A stretch of DNA of 62,406 bases from an uncultured Clostridia bacterium (GCA_947626205.1 CANQRO010000001.1:1-62406); one strand, 5' to 3'. Shown: positions 30,528-41,287, numbered from the stretch's first letter. The notes: generated from the sequence alone by a model not told the origin. Numbers and translations are program-made.

Positions 30528-31634
30528 ATGCATGTTAATAAGCAATTACAAAAAGAAGGTATTCAAATTATAGAAACTCTAGATACTTTAACTATTAATT
30601 CTGTTGCTAAAACTGTTGCAAAGAAACTTGTAGTAGCTTTTCCTACTCTTAATTTATCAGAAACAGATTTATTTATTAGATTATCTAGATTACATATGTA
30701 TGTTGCTAAATTACCAGCTGATTTATCTTCTGCTAAATATGATTCTAAAAATTGTTCTATTTATTTTGGAGAAAATGTTGATTTATCACATATAGATACT
30801 TGTGTTATTCATGAATGCTTACATGCTTTACAAGAAGTACGTAATGAAAATAATGAACTTATAAACCTTGGTTTTTATGATTTTACAAAAAGCAATACGA
30901 ATGGTATGGCATTAAATGAAGCAAGTGTACAATTAATGAGTTCATATGCTTTAAAGAAGAAAATAGATATAGTAAAATATTTTGACATAACAATACCAAC
31001 CATTAGTCCCGCATATTACCCTTTAGAGTGCACGTTAGTTAATGAATTAACATATATTACAGGCAATTATTCGTTATTTTATAGCACTTTATACAGTAAT
31101 AACATGTTTAAAGAAAAAATAATTCAATTAACGGATACTTCGTTTTATAATACTTTTTTGAAAAATTTAAATAAATTGATGCATTATGAAGATTTGTTAA
31201 ACATAGAGACTTCTTACATGGCTAATATAGAAAGTAAAAAGAATTTCTCAAAAATAGATTTTAAAATATCTCAATTACGAAATAAAATACAAAACCTATT
31301 TTTAGATACACAAAATTTGATTTTAAAAAGTTATTTTGATAAAAAGTTTAATTCGATTTCTACTCTTATTCAAATAGAAGATTATCGTAAAAAATTGTAT
31401 AATTTTAAAGATTTAATTGGATACACAGATAATTATTCATTTTATAACGATTACTATGTTAGTAAAATGTCAGACTTAGAAATAAAGCGTAATGAAATTG
31501 AAAACCATAATTTAAATATTAATAGTGAATTATTGCTTACTAATACGAAAATATCATTATTTTCTAGATTATGGCATAGTATTGCAAAATTATGGACTAA
31601 TTCAAAAAATACTTTACAAAAAACAAGTTATTAA
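30528..31634 (+). CDS. Hypothetical protein with an HExxH motif (putative metallopeptidase)
   Basis: 368 aa. VIHECLHALQ is the only recognisable motif. Confidence 0.45.
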   Translation: MHVNKQLQKEGIQIIETLDTLTINSVAKTVAKKLVVAFPTLNLSETDLFIRLSRLHMYVAKLPADLSSAKYDSKNCSIYFGENVDLSHIDTCVIHECLHALQEVRNENNELINLGFYDFTKSNTNGMALNEASVQLMSSYALKKKIDIVKYFDITIPTISPAYYPLECTLVNELTYITGNYSLFYSTLYSNNMFKEKIIQLTDTSFYNTFLKNLNKLMHYEDLLNIETSYMANIESKKNFSKIDFKISQLRNKIQNLFLDTQNLILKSYFDKKFNSISTLIQIEDYRKKLYNFKDLIGYTDNYSFYNDYYVSKMSDLEIKRNEIENHNLNINSELLLTNTKISLFSRLWHSIAKLWTNSKNTLQKTSY

Positions 31635-31740
31635 ATAATACTAATTATTATATAAAAAGGAATACATATTTTAATTTATGTATTCCTTAAATTATTTATA
31701 AAATATTTCAATTAAGATTTTAGCAAATGTATATAGTTAA

Positions 31741-33003
31741 TTATTTTTCTAAGAACTTCATTATTTCATTTGCAGCTTCTCTACCTGAACGGCTTGCCCA
31801 TGCCACTGTTGCTTTTGTTCCGCTTAAATCTCCTCCTGCAAATATTTTTTCCTTAGAAGTCATATAATGTTCGTCTACACTAATATTTCCTTTTTTAGTT
31901 AACTCTAATCCTAAATTTTGTACGATTTCATTTTCTGTTTTAGAGCCTACTGCCATAACTATATAATCCATTGGAATTATATAGTTACTTCCAGCAATAT
32001 CTATTGGTACTTCTCTTGCTTCTCCCTCTTTTTTTACAAGTTCAGTCTTTATGCATTCTATTTTTTCTACTTTTTCATTTCCTAATATTTTTACTACATT
32101 AGTTTGAAATAAAAGTTCTATTCCTTCTTTTTTTGCATTTTCTATTTCTTTTTTCTCAGCTGGCATTTGTTTTTCTGCTCTACGGTAAATAATTTTTACT
32201 TCTTCTGCTCCTAATTTTTTTATAGTTCTAGCTGTATCCATTGCAACATTGCCACCACCGATAACTGCTACTTTTTTACCTATATAATTTGGATGATTAT
32301 TATTTTCTAATAATTCATTCCCTCCATATACACCATTTAAGTTTTCTCCTTCTATTCCCATTTTAGAAGAAATATTGGCTCCAAATGCAAGAAAAATAGC
32401 ATCAAACTCGTTCTCTAGTTCTTCTAGTTTTATATTTTTCCCTAGAATTGCACCATATTTTACTTCTATTCCTAAATCTAAAATTTTTTCAATTTGTTTA
32501 TCCAATATATTTTTATCTAGTCTAAAATCTGGTATACCATGTCTTAAAATTCCGCCTAATTTGTCGTATTTTTCAAAAATAGTAACAGTATAACCATGTC
32601 TTGCAAGGTTTGATGCCGCAGTTAAACCTGCCGGTCCACCACCTATTATTGCTATTTTTTTATTTTTTCTTTCATTAGTCAACTTTGGAATGTCATAACC
32701 ATTTTCTATTGCCAAATCTCCTATATATGCCTCTAAATTTCCTATACTAACAGATTCTCCTTTAACTCCTCTTACACAACTTCCCTCACATTGGCTTTTA
32801 TGAGGACAAATTCTTCCACAAATTGGAGAAAGTACTGTTGTTTCGCACAATGTTTTATATGCTTCTTCATATTTTCCTTCTTTTACATATGAAATAAATT
32901 GTGTAATATCATTTCCTAAAGGACAGCCTTTTTGGCACATTTTTATTTTACAACTTAAACAATATTCTGCTTTTTTACTAATTTCTTCTTTGCTAAATTC
33001 CAT
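31741..33003 (-). CDS. Glutamate synthase small-chain-family FAD/NAD(P) oxidoreductase with N-terminal Fe-S cysteines
   Basis: 420 aa. Cys clusters in the first 80 aa, IAIIGGGPAGLTAA and VAVIGGGNVAMD dinucleotide folds, and a C-terminal GGD. Confidence 0.8.
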   Translation of the reverse strand: MEFSKEEISKKAEYCLSCKIKMCQKGCPLGNDITQFISYVKEGKYEEAYKTLCETTVLSPICGRICPHKSQCEGSCVRGVKGESVSIGNLEAYIGDLAIENGYDIPKLTNERKNKKIAIIGGGPAGLTAASNLARHGYTVTIFEKYDKLGGILRHGIPDFRLDKNILDKQIEKILDLGIEVKYGAILGKNIKLEELENEFDAIFLAFGANISSKMGIEGENLNGVYGGNELLENNNHPNYIGKKVAVIGGGNVAMDTARTIKKLGAEEVKIIYRRAEKQMPAEKKEIENAKKEGIELLFQTNVVKILGNEKVEKIECIKTELVKKEGEAREVPIDIAGSNYIIPMDYIVMAVGSKTENEIVQNLGLELTKKGNISVDEHYMTSKEKIFAGGDLSGTKATVAWASRSGREAANEIMKFLEK

Positions 33004-33150
33004 ATTTTTCTCCCATTAACTTTATTATTAATATAAATTTTATAATTAAAATTAATAAAAGTCAATTGTTTTGACCGACCATGAGGTAACTAATATGATA
33101 CTTGTCTTGAAAAAGTAAAAAATTCTTACATTAGAAATAATATAAATTAG

Positions 33151-33182
33151 AAATCAACAAAGGTAGCTACCTTTGTTGATTT
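33151..33182. terminator. Perfect 32-nt palindrome/hairpin
   Basis: aaatcaacaaaggtag / ctacctttgttgattt, downstream of the island D ORF. Confidence 0.6.
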
Positions 33183-33246
33183 GATTGGAAAGAAACTATA
33201 AAACTATAGATTACACAAGATCTTGATCGACCAAATTGACAGCTTC

Positions 33247-33843
33247 TTATTTTGGAGAATAGGGCAGATAAAAATTTACGGGTTCATCATACTCTGGTCC
33301 AATTTCGACTTCTTTGTACTTAAGATTTTTATCCTCTAAGCTTACTGCTTTATCAAACTCTTCTTTATTAAAAGCCAAACCAAGTGTCATATTAAGCATA
33401 ATATATGGTTTCTTTTCATCACCTTTTGTCTGCATATTACACCAATTTTTGTAATCACAGTATTTGCACCCATATTTGCTAATTGGATTCATTAATTTTA
33501 ATTGCAAATTTACTGTAATAGTAGGATGTTCTTTACCTATTATCATATCATCATAATCAATATAAATATCAATTGGTTTAATATGCCGGCAGCATCCTGG
33601 CAATGGTGATATCGTAAACCAAAAAAGCCTTTTCTTAGGATATAACTGAAGTTGAAGCTTTGCATATCTGAGATTTGAATCGTAATGCTTTGGATAATAT
33701 GTGTCATACGTTTTACAATTCCATGAAATAAATGAATTTGATAGAGATTTTAATGTTATTGTATCACTAAAGTTCTTATGCCACAATCCACAGATTGGGC
33801 ATTTATAATATTCTGGTACAAGCTCTAATAAGTTTAAATTCAT
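33247..33843 (-). CDS. Hypothetical Cys-rich protein (198 aa), island D
   Basis: Cys pairs CPICG, GCCRH and CKYCDYKNWC. In-frame CGG at 33586-33588. I recognise no family. Confidence 0.5.
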   Translation of the reverse strand: MNLNLLELVPEYYKCPICGLWHKNFSDTITLKSLSNSFISWNCKTYDTYYPKHYDSNLRYAKLQLQLYPKKRLFWFTISPLPGCCRHIKPIDIYIDYDDMIIGKEHPTITVNLQLKLMNPISKYGCKYCDYKNWCNMQTKGDEKKPYIMLNMTLGLAFNKEEFDKAVSLEDKNLKYKEVEIGPEYDEPVNFYLPYSPK

Positions 33844-34030
33844 TGTTTACCTCCTGTTGCACAAACATTGTTGATAGTTTCATAATTTAATAGTTTCTTC
33901 CCCTTTCTTAAAATTGCATCTGTGATATACAATTTAACTATCAAAATTATAATTATACTAATTTTGATACATATCACCAAAATACATATTATATTATAGC
34001 ATGGATTTATGTAAAATTCAAGTATTTTTC

Positions 34031-34570
34031 CTATCTTATATTCTTATCGTAACATTTGCGCAAATTATTTTTTGTTATAGTCTTATCTATACCATTTTCT
34101 GCTACCATAGTTAAAACTTCTGTCACAAAATTTTTAAGCTTATCGTTTAATAAAAATTTATTAATATGTGCATTCCAATATTGTAACTGATACTCCTTTG
34201 TCCAAGCTTTTCCTTTATATACCTTTCCTGCTGCTAACTGATCACATATCGTTTCACACATGTATTTAAATGGAATAATTGGTAAAGATTCAGGTGCATT
34301 TGGATCGTACCAGTATTCTGGATGATGTTTATTTCTTCCTTTATGATGTAACCATGCCTTAGAATAGCCGTAATCTTCTTTTGCATATTGAATAGGGCTC
34401 CTCTTTCCGTCTTTATAATATTTTACACCCTGCCAAAATTCTGTTGGTGAAAATTTTGATAAATCGTGTACAAGTCCTCTAAAAGGAATTCCTGCTTTAC
34501 AACATAATAAAAATACAATCCATTTGTGATGTATTACATTTGAAAAATGTCCACATAGATTTTTTAACAT
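34031..34570 (-). CDS. Hypothetical His-rich protein (possibly DUF5662-like)
   Basis: 179 aa. Contains HHKWIV, HDLSKF and WLHHKGRNKHHPEYW. Confidence 0.45.
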   Translation of the reverse strand: MLKNLCGHFSNVIHHKWIVFLLCCKAGIPFRGLVHDLSKFSPTEFWQGVKYYKDGKRSPIQYAKEDYGYSKAWLHHKGRNKHHPEYWYDPNAPESLPIIPFKYMCETICDQLAAGKVYKGKAWTKEYQLQYWNAHINKFLLNDKLKNFVTEVLTMVAENGIDKTITKNNLRKCYDKNIR

Positions 34571-34666
34571 ATTATACTTCCTTTTTTATTATATTTTCTA
34601 TTTATAAAATAGAATTTTAATAATACGTTATATATAACAATTTTGCGTCCTTCCATTTATATATTA

Positions 34667-35233
34667 TTATAACTCTATTCCCAGTTCACTTGCTTTTTTC
34701 TTTACTTCTTTTAAATCTTTCCAAAACTCTATTTTTTTATCCTCATCTCTAAGTAATGCAGCTGGATGCCATGTTGGCATATAATATATTCCTTTTCTAT
34801 CAACCCAATTTCCTCTTGAAGCTGTAATTCCATATTCTTTTCCTAAAATATTTTTTAGAGCAACACTTCCTAAAAGTACAATAATTTTAGGCTTAACTAA
34901 AATTACTTGGTTTCGTAAGTAGTCTAGACATGCTAATGCTTCATCATCTTCTGGATTTCTATTTTGAGGTGGTCTACATTTTACTATATTTGCAATGTAT
35001 ACTTTTTCTCTACTAATACCCAAACCTTCAAATGCCATATTCATTAATTTTCCAGCTTTACCTACAAATGGTTCTCCTAATCTATCTTCGTCTGCTCCCG
35101 GTCCTTCACCAATAAGCATTACATCCGCTTCTTTATTTCCAGTTCCAAAAACTATATTTGTTCTACCATTTGCTAATTTGCACTTCTTGCACCCTTCTAT
35201 TGCCTTTTCTAATTCTTCAAATGTTTCGTACAT
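34667..35233 (-). CDS. udg: Uracil-DNA glycosylase, family 4
   Basis: Contains CKKCKL, GEGPGADED and HPAALLR motifs. Confidence 0.85.
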   Translation of the reverse strand: MYETFEELEKAIEGCKKCKLANGRTNIVFGTGNKEADVMLIGEGPGADEDRLGEPFVGKAGKLMNMAFEGLGISREKVYIANIVKCRPPQNRNPEDDEALACLDYLRNQVILVKPKIIVLLGSVALKNILGKEYGITASRGNWVDRKGIYYMPTWHPAALLRDEDKKIEFWKDLKEVKKKASELGIEL

Positions 35234-35237
35234 ATAA

Positions 35238-35879
35238 TCATTCCTTTATTTCTTTTAATTTTTGAACTACTTTGTTTGATGATTCATTTATAAAATTTTC
35301 TATTTCTTCTTTTGAAAAAATATCCATTTCGCCTTTTCTCTTGTTTTGCAAAAAACCATTTATTTTATTGTATATTTCTTCTTGTGGCATATCATATATA
35401 TTTTTAAACATACCATTATACTTTACTTTTTTCATAAACTCTATTGATAAGCCATACTTCTCAATTAACCATTCCGTCATTTTATCATAATCTATATAAA
35501 CTGATAGCCTATTATTCCTTAAATGCCCTCTTTTAGTATTTATATATACTTTTCCATCAATATTAACTAGATGCCTCATCACAAAATTTTCTATCCATAA
35601 CTTATCTGTAATAAAATGGCTATATATTCCTAATGCAACATCATCTTTTAAATCTTCTTTATGCTCTAATAAAAATTCCTCAATATTTACATTATCTTTA
35701 ATAATATTCCCTATCGTTACTTTATTATAAAAATGTAATCTTGCTTTTTTCTTATAATCTTTTTCTTTTAAATAGTCTGGTAAAATATTACCATATAAGA
35801 ATTCTTCTTCGTTTAATTTTATTTGTTTTTGTTTTAATACTTTATTTGCAACACATAAATGAATAAATGATGAAGGCAT
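35238..35879 (-). CDS. Hypothetical protein
   Basis: The start is placed at ATG (MPSSFIHL) just after the stop of the upstream gene. I recognise no confident family. Confidence 0.45.
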   Translation of the reverse strand: MPSSFIHLCVANKVLKQKQIKLNEEEFLYGNILPDYLKEKDYKKKARLHFYNKVTIGNIIKDNVNIEEFLLEHKEDLKDDVALGIYSHFITDKLWIENFVMRHLVNIDGKVYINTKRGHLRNNRLSVYIDYDKMTEWLIEKYGLSIEFMKKVKYNGMFKNIYDMPQEEIYNKINGFLQNKRKGEMDIFSKEEIENFINESSNKVVQKLKEIKE

Positions 35880-35883
35880 TTTA

Positions 35884-36894
35884 TTATCTCCTTTCATTTT
35901 GTAAAGTTCCCTTTCCATCTCTTGCTGTAATTTTTAAAATAGCTCCTTGCATAAAGCCTAGTTGTGGTGGAATATGTCCTAAATCTGTTCCTGAAATAAT
36001 TGGAAAATTTAAGTTTCCAATTGCTTGCATAATTGCTTCATCTTCAGTAATTTCATAATCTTCCCTAATAATTAACGGTCTACCAAAGATAATTCCTTTA
36101 CAATTTTCAAAATATCCTGCGTATTTCATTTTAAGAAGTATTCTTGTTAATTGTGGTGTAGTTGTCTCGCAGCTTTCTAAAAACCATATAATTCCATCTT
36201 TATTGTATTTTTTTATATAGTTTTTTGTATTATCATATTTAGTTCCAATTAGATTATCTATACAATCTAAGCAACCACCTATTGCTCTACCTTCCATTAT
36301 TACTTCTTTCTCGCCTTTTAAATTTTTCCATTTTGTTTCTAATACCATATTATATGTATAATCTATGTTTTCTTCTTTTCCATCAGAATGTTTTTCAAAT
36401 GAATGCTGTATAACATCTTCTCCCGAAACCAATTTTAAACAGTCTAGAAGATTTCTACATAATGGATTCATAGCATAATCTTTTACTCCATCACAATATA
36501 TACTTGGTATATCACATATTGTATTTAATGGAAAACTAAGCATTGTAATATCTGAAAATCCTTGTGTCCATTTTGGAGGTAATTTTTTCAATAGTTCAAA
36601 ATCTAATTCTTCTAGCATTTCCATTAAGAAATCTCCGCCACCTGCATATAAAATTAACTTTACATCATCATTTTTCCAAAGTTCCATAAATTCCTTTGCT
36701 CTTTCACTTGCAGTATTACTTCTTCCTTTTATACTTTTTCTTACACTTTTGGTTTCTATTACTTTATAACCCATTTTCTTTAAATTTTCTATGGCTTTAT
36801 CTAATTTTATTATCTTATCTGGTTCTATAATACCATCTGATGGTGCACAAACACCAATGGTATCACCTATTTTTAAATTTTCTGGATAGCGCAT
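35884..36894 (-). CDS. S66-family LD-carboxypeptidase / MccF-like peptidase
   Basis: 336 aa. Has N-terminal GDTIGVCAPS, and FSDIT and GHIPP-type motifs. Confidence 0.7.
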   Translation of the reverse strand: MRYPENLKIGDTIGVCAPSDGIIEPDKIIKLDKAIENLKKMGYKVIETKSVRKSIKGRSNTASERAKEFMELWKNDDVKLILYAGGGDFLMEMLEELDFELLKKLPPKWTQGFSDITMLSFPLNTICDIPSIYCDGVKDYAMNPLCRNLLDCLKLVSGEDVIQHSFEKHSDGKEENIDYTYNMVLETKWKNLKGEKEVIMEGRAIGGCLDCIDNLIGTKYDNTKNYIKKYNKDGIIWFLESCETTTPQLTRILLKMKYAGYFENCKGIIFGRPLIIREDYEITEDEAIMQAIGNLNFPIISGTDLGHIPPQLGFMQGAILKITARDGKGTLQNERR

Positions 36895-36902
36895 ATTAAT
36901 CT

Positions 36903-39900
36903 CTAATCTCCTTTTATTTCAGATAAAATTTCATCCTTCTCTTTTTGAGGAATATAGTAATAAGAATTATAAATTGGATCAAAGTTACAAATGGCTTTAT
37001 AACTACAATAATCACATGGTGATGTTTTCTTTTTTGCATTATAATATGGTTTTATAGAAATATCTCCACTATAAATCTCTTTTGCAATTTCCTTTATAAT
37101 TTTTTTCATTTGTTTTTGTAAATCTTTAAACTGATCCTTAGTAACTGTACTAGATCTCGTTTTACTTAAATTATCGTCTTTATCTATATATGCTGGAATT
37201 AATTTAGATGCACCTTTGTCTAGTTTTTTATCCATCATTCTTACTATGTGAATATCGGCTAAAATTAGCCCTTGCATTTTAAATTGTTTTTTTATTTCTT
37301 CTTCAAGTTCCTCATCTGTTTTATTTTTATCTGCTTTAATGATTGGGTCAATTAAATTAAAATATAATACACCTGCCGGCATAAATTCCTTTGCCTCACA
37401 AACTGCATCTAAGTACGTTAATAATTGTATTTGTAATCCTGCCATTACTTCATTTAATTCAATATTCTTTATAGAAGATTTATAATCTATAATTCTTACA
37501 TAGTTTCCGTCTTTTCCTTTTGCCAAATCTATTCTATCTATTTTTCCTGTTAATTCTACTTTTTTTCCATCTTCTAATTCTATTTGAATTGGTGGAAAAT
37601 CGGCATTTTTTTGAAATTGAATTTCATTACCAAAAACATCAAAGTCACTTTCAGTAATAGTTTTTATAATATATTTTATTGACTTTATAATTACTTTCTC
37701 TAATCTTTTTGCTAAAATATTATATCTTTTATTACTTGTAAATATGTAATTTCGATTAAGCGTTAATTTTTCATTAAATATATTATGTATTATTTCTTCT
37801 ATTTCTTCCCAAGACATTTCTTTTAAAACTAATTTTCTTTGCAGTATTTGATCAAAAAACTCTTCTACCATATCATGCATTAAAGTTCCTGTATCTAAGT
37901 TTTTAATTTGAAATAAATCTCTATCTTTTAGTTCTAATCCATATTTTAAATAAAATGAAAAACTACATTTCTTAAATTGCTCTAATCTTGAAATACTTGT
38001 ATGTAAAGTATTAGTATATATTTTTTCTATATTATTTTTTGAAATCTTTTCTGGAATATTTTTATAATACATTCCTTTTAATGCTTCTTCTATTCTTTTT
38101 TTGTAAATATCATCTTTTTGATATGATAAAAATATAGTATACCAAATTGGATCAATTTCATTTCCATCTTTTAGATTTCTAATATTATTTAGCATTTCAT
38201 AGAAAGTTGCCTCTTTAGTTGTAATTTCATTATCTTTTTTTATCATATCACTTTTTTCTTTTAATTTTGGATATGCCCTTTTTATTTTAGATATAAGAGA
38301 TGATGGTCTTAAGCTTTTCCCTTGTTGATCACAAGATGAATATGATATGAACAACTTATCTTCAGCCACTAAAAAAGCTTTATATATATTAAAATTTTCA
38401 TCATATAATTGTTCTAATGTAGTTTTAGCAAGTTGTATATTTTGTTGTTTCAAAGAATTTCTATCCTCATCACTTAAAAATCCTTCTTCTTTCATATTAG
38501 ATGGAAACATTCCATCATTTACTCCTACTATGAAACATACCTTTACTGTATGAGTTTTAGATCTCTCTACATCTCCCACTATTACTTCATCAATAGTTGC
38601 AGGTATTGCTCCTAAAGGAGAATTTTCTAATCCTATTTTTAATAATTTTTCATATTCATCAAAAGATATTTTTTCATCACCGAACACATACACCATTTCG
38701 TCTAATATATCCATAACTGTATCCCATGCTGTTTCATAATTATTGGCTAATTCTATCATACCAATTTCTTCTAATTCTTTTGATTTTTCATCTAATTTTT
38801 TATCAATTTCATTTTCTATCAAAAATTCATATATGGCTTTAGAAATTGTTTTTACATTCTTTTTTTCCAAACAAGATTCTTTTAGTTTTACTAATGGTGT
38901 TACTATTTTTTTCCTTAAAGAGTTAAAATATTCGAGTTTTTCATCATCTTCTGCTATTTTAAAATCCTCTGCATACCATTTTTTACCGCGAATTCCATAC
39001 TTAGTACAATAATTTTCTAACTCAAATATATCTTTATTATCCAAGTTCAAAAAATTTATTTTTAAATAATAAAACATCGCCTCAATTGACCAATTTTTTT
39101 TGAAAATTTCCAAAATAGATAATATATATTTTACTAAAATATTTTGACTTAAACTCTTTTTCTGGTCTATAAATACAGGTATCTCATATCGTGAAAATAT
39201 AGCTTTAATAATTTCCTCATAAGTATCTAAGTCTTTAGTTATAACAGCTATATCCTTAAATGAATAATTATTTTTAACGAGCTCTATTATTTTTTTTGCT
39301 ACCTCTTCTATTTCTGAAAACGGATTTTTAGCTAAAAATATTGATATCTTTTCTACATCTTTTCTATATATTTCATAAGAATCATTTGATAAATATTTTT
39401 CTAAATTAATCAGCTCTTCATTTTTAAATCTATATGGAAATGATAGTTCCACTGGTGCTTCTACTTTTATATTTTCTTCTTCTGCTATTTTATAAAAATG
39501 CTCTATAGTTTTTCTGTTAGCAAAAAAAATGTTGGTTTCATCATCTGTTTTAGTACAACTATCTGAGCAAATTGTTATATATACTTTTTTAGTTAAATAC
39601 AATAATTTTCTAATAATTTCATACTCTTGCTCAGTAAATCCATTAAACTCATCAATAAAAACAATACTATTATTAAACATATTTGTATGATCTAATTTAT
39701 TTATAAGGATAGTAAGTATATCATCTTCATCTATATATTGCTTCTGTTTTGCTTCTTCATATGAAGAGTATACACAATAGATATCTTCCAATTTTAATTT
39801 TAAGTATGGATTTTCCACATTATTTATAGCACTTTTAAGTTGTTCTACTGAAATCATATGCTTTTTTAATTCACGAATTTGGCTTTCCATAGTTTCAACA

Positions 39901-40238
39901 TTTTCATCATTTCTTCCTAAAAATGTTAAATTTTTTTTCTCCTGTTGCAAAATATGTGAAATAAGCATTGCCTTCCCTGCTTTTGACAGATGAGTTTCTG
40001 TAAGTCCTCCTGTTTCAGTATTTATTCTGTATGCCATACGCTTAAATGTTAAAACTTCTGCATCTATTAATGCTCCATTTTCAGATGCATCTAAAAGTTT
40101 TTTCTCTTGTGTAAAGGAGAATTGTTCTGGGGTAATCATATATATTTTAGATAAGTTTTTCATTTCTTCTTTTATTTTATTAAAACAATATGTACTTTTA
40201 CCACTACCTGCTTTTCCGTAAATTATTTGTAAGCTCAT
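36903..40238 (-). CDS. addB: Helicase-exonuclease AddAB subunit AddB
   Basis: 1111 aa. Walker A GKAGSGKS at the N-terminus. The C-terminal RecB-type nuclease carries the Fe-S cysteines (CSFSFY ... CDYCSYKAIC). Confidence 0.85.
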   Translation of the reverse strand: MSLQIIYGKAGSGKSTYCFNKIKEEMKNLSKIYMITPEQFSFTQEKKLLDASENGALIDAEVLTFKRMAYRINTETGGLTETHLSKAGKAMLISHILQQEKKNLTFLGRNDENVETMESQIRELKKHMISVEQLKSAINNVENPYLKLKLEDIYCVYSSYEEAKQKQYIDEDDILTILINKLDHTNMFNNSIVFIDEFNGFTEQEYEIIRKLLYLTKKVYITICSDSCTKTDDETNIFFANRKTIEHFYKIAEEENIKVEAPVELSFPYRFKNEELINLEKYLSNDSYEIYRKDVEKISIFLAKNPFSEIEEVAKKIIELVKNNYSFKDIAVITKDLDTYEEIIKAIFSRYEIPVFIDQKKSLSQNILVKYILSILEIFKKNWSIEAMFYYLKINFLNLDNKDIFELENYCTKYGIRGKKWYAEDFKIAEDDEKLEYFNSLRKKIVTPLVKLKESCLEKKNVKTISKAIYEFLIENEIDKKLDEKSKELEEIGMIELANNYETAWDTVMDILDEMVYVFGDEKISFDEYEKLLKIGLENSPLGAIPATIDEVIVGDVERSKTHTVKVCFIVGVNDGMFPSNMKEEGFLSDEDRNSLKQQNIQLAKTTLEQLYDENFNIYKAFLVAEDKLFISYSSCDQQGKSLRPSSLISKIKRAYPKLKEKSDMIKKDNEITTKEATFYEMLNNIRNLKDGNEIDPIWYTIFLSYQKDDIYKKRIEEALKGMYYKNIPEKISKNNIEKIYTNTLHTSISRLEQFKKCSFSFYLKYGLELKDRDLFQIKNLDTGTLMHDMVEEFFDQILQRKLVLKEMSWEEIEEIIHNIFNEKLTLNRNYIFTSNKRYNILAKRLEKVIIKSIKYIIKTITESDFDVFGNEIQFQKNADFPPIQIELEDGKKVELTGKIDRIDLAKGKDGNYVRIIDYKSSIKNIELNEVMAGLQIQLLTYLDAVCEAKEFMPAGVLYFNLIDPIIKADKNKTDEELEEEIKKQFKMQGLILADIHIVRMMDKKLDKGASKLIPAYIDKDDNLSKTRSSTVTKDQFKDLQKQMKKIIKEIAKEIYSGDISIKPYYNAKKKTSPCDYCSYKAICNFDPIYNSYYYIPQKEKDEILSEIKGD

Positions 40239-40259
40239 AACATCCTCCTTCTTAAAATT

Positions 40260-41111
40260 TTAAGCAGTTTCTCTCTTCCAGTAAAATAAATATTGTTGTG
40301 CTATTCCTGCTAAATTTTTGTACTTTTTTATTGCCAACTTCTCAATTTCTTCTTTTTTAACTTTAGTTTCTTCATCACTTTTTATGTATAAATCGTTCAT
40401 TACACGTCTTACCCATACATCAATCGGAAACACTTCAAAACGATGCATACCAAATAGCAAAATACAATCTGCTACTTTAGGTCCAACACCCTGAAAACTT
40501 TCTAATATTTTTCTTGCCTCAGCTGTATCTTTATTTTTTAATTCATCTAAATTTATTTCTCCACTTACAAATTTTTTAGTTGTTTCATAAACATATTTAT
40601 CTCTAAAACCTAATCCAATATTTCTTAAATCTTCAACACTTGCTTTAGATAATTGTTCAATTGTTGGAAATGCATAATGATCTTCTACTATCTTATTTCC
40701 GTAAGTTATAGATAATCTTTCTATAATTTTTTTAATTCTTGGAATATTATTATTTGCAGAAATTATAAAAGAAATAATTACTTCCCATAAGTCTTGATTT
40801 AGTATTCTAATACCTTCACCATATTCTATACTCTTCGCCATATTTTCATCTACTTTTGTTAGTGTACTTTTTATTTTAGAATAATCTGTTTCTAAATCAA
40901 AATAATTTTTTACAACTTCTTCTATGTTCCCATCACATATTCCAGAAAAGATTATTTTATCTTTTTCTTTCTTTACATTTAAAAGATTATTTTTGAATAC
41001 TCCCATGTAGCTACCGTCATTCATTAAATTCCATCTAAAGCATTGCCCACATTCGAAAATATGCTTTGGTTCAAAATCTTTTTTATCTATTACAAATTTT
41101 TGTGTATCCAT
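40260..41111 (-). CDS. ogg: 8-oxoguanine DNA glycosylase/lyase (HhH-GPD, Ogg type)
   Basis: Contains ECGQCFRW, GVGPKVADCILLFG and FPIDVW. Confidence 0.8.
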   Translation of the reverse strand: MDTQKFVIDKKDFEPKHIFECGQCFRWNLMNDGSYMGVFKNNLLNVKKEKDKIIFSGICDGNIEEVVKNYFDLETDYSKIKSTLTKVDENMAKSIEYGEGIRILNQDLWEVIISFIISANNNIPRIKKIIERLSITYGNKIVEDHYAFPTIEQLSKASVEDLRNIGLGFRDKYVYETTKKFVSGEINLDELKNKDTAEARKILESFQGVGPKVADCILLFGMHRFEVFPIDVWVRRVMNDLYIKSDEETKVKKEEIEKLAIKKYKNLAGIAQQYLFYWKRETA

Positions 41112-41287
41112 TATTTTTAAAGTTAGAATATATTCTAACTTGTCCTCCTATAAACAATTATTATAACTTTATTCTTATTTTAGCATACTTTCATGTCTTG
41201 CTCAATACATTAAATAATTAAAGTTCATAAAATTTCTTAACTTAATACAATAATGACTTAATGTAAAAACATTAAGTCATTATTATT

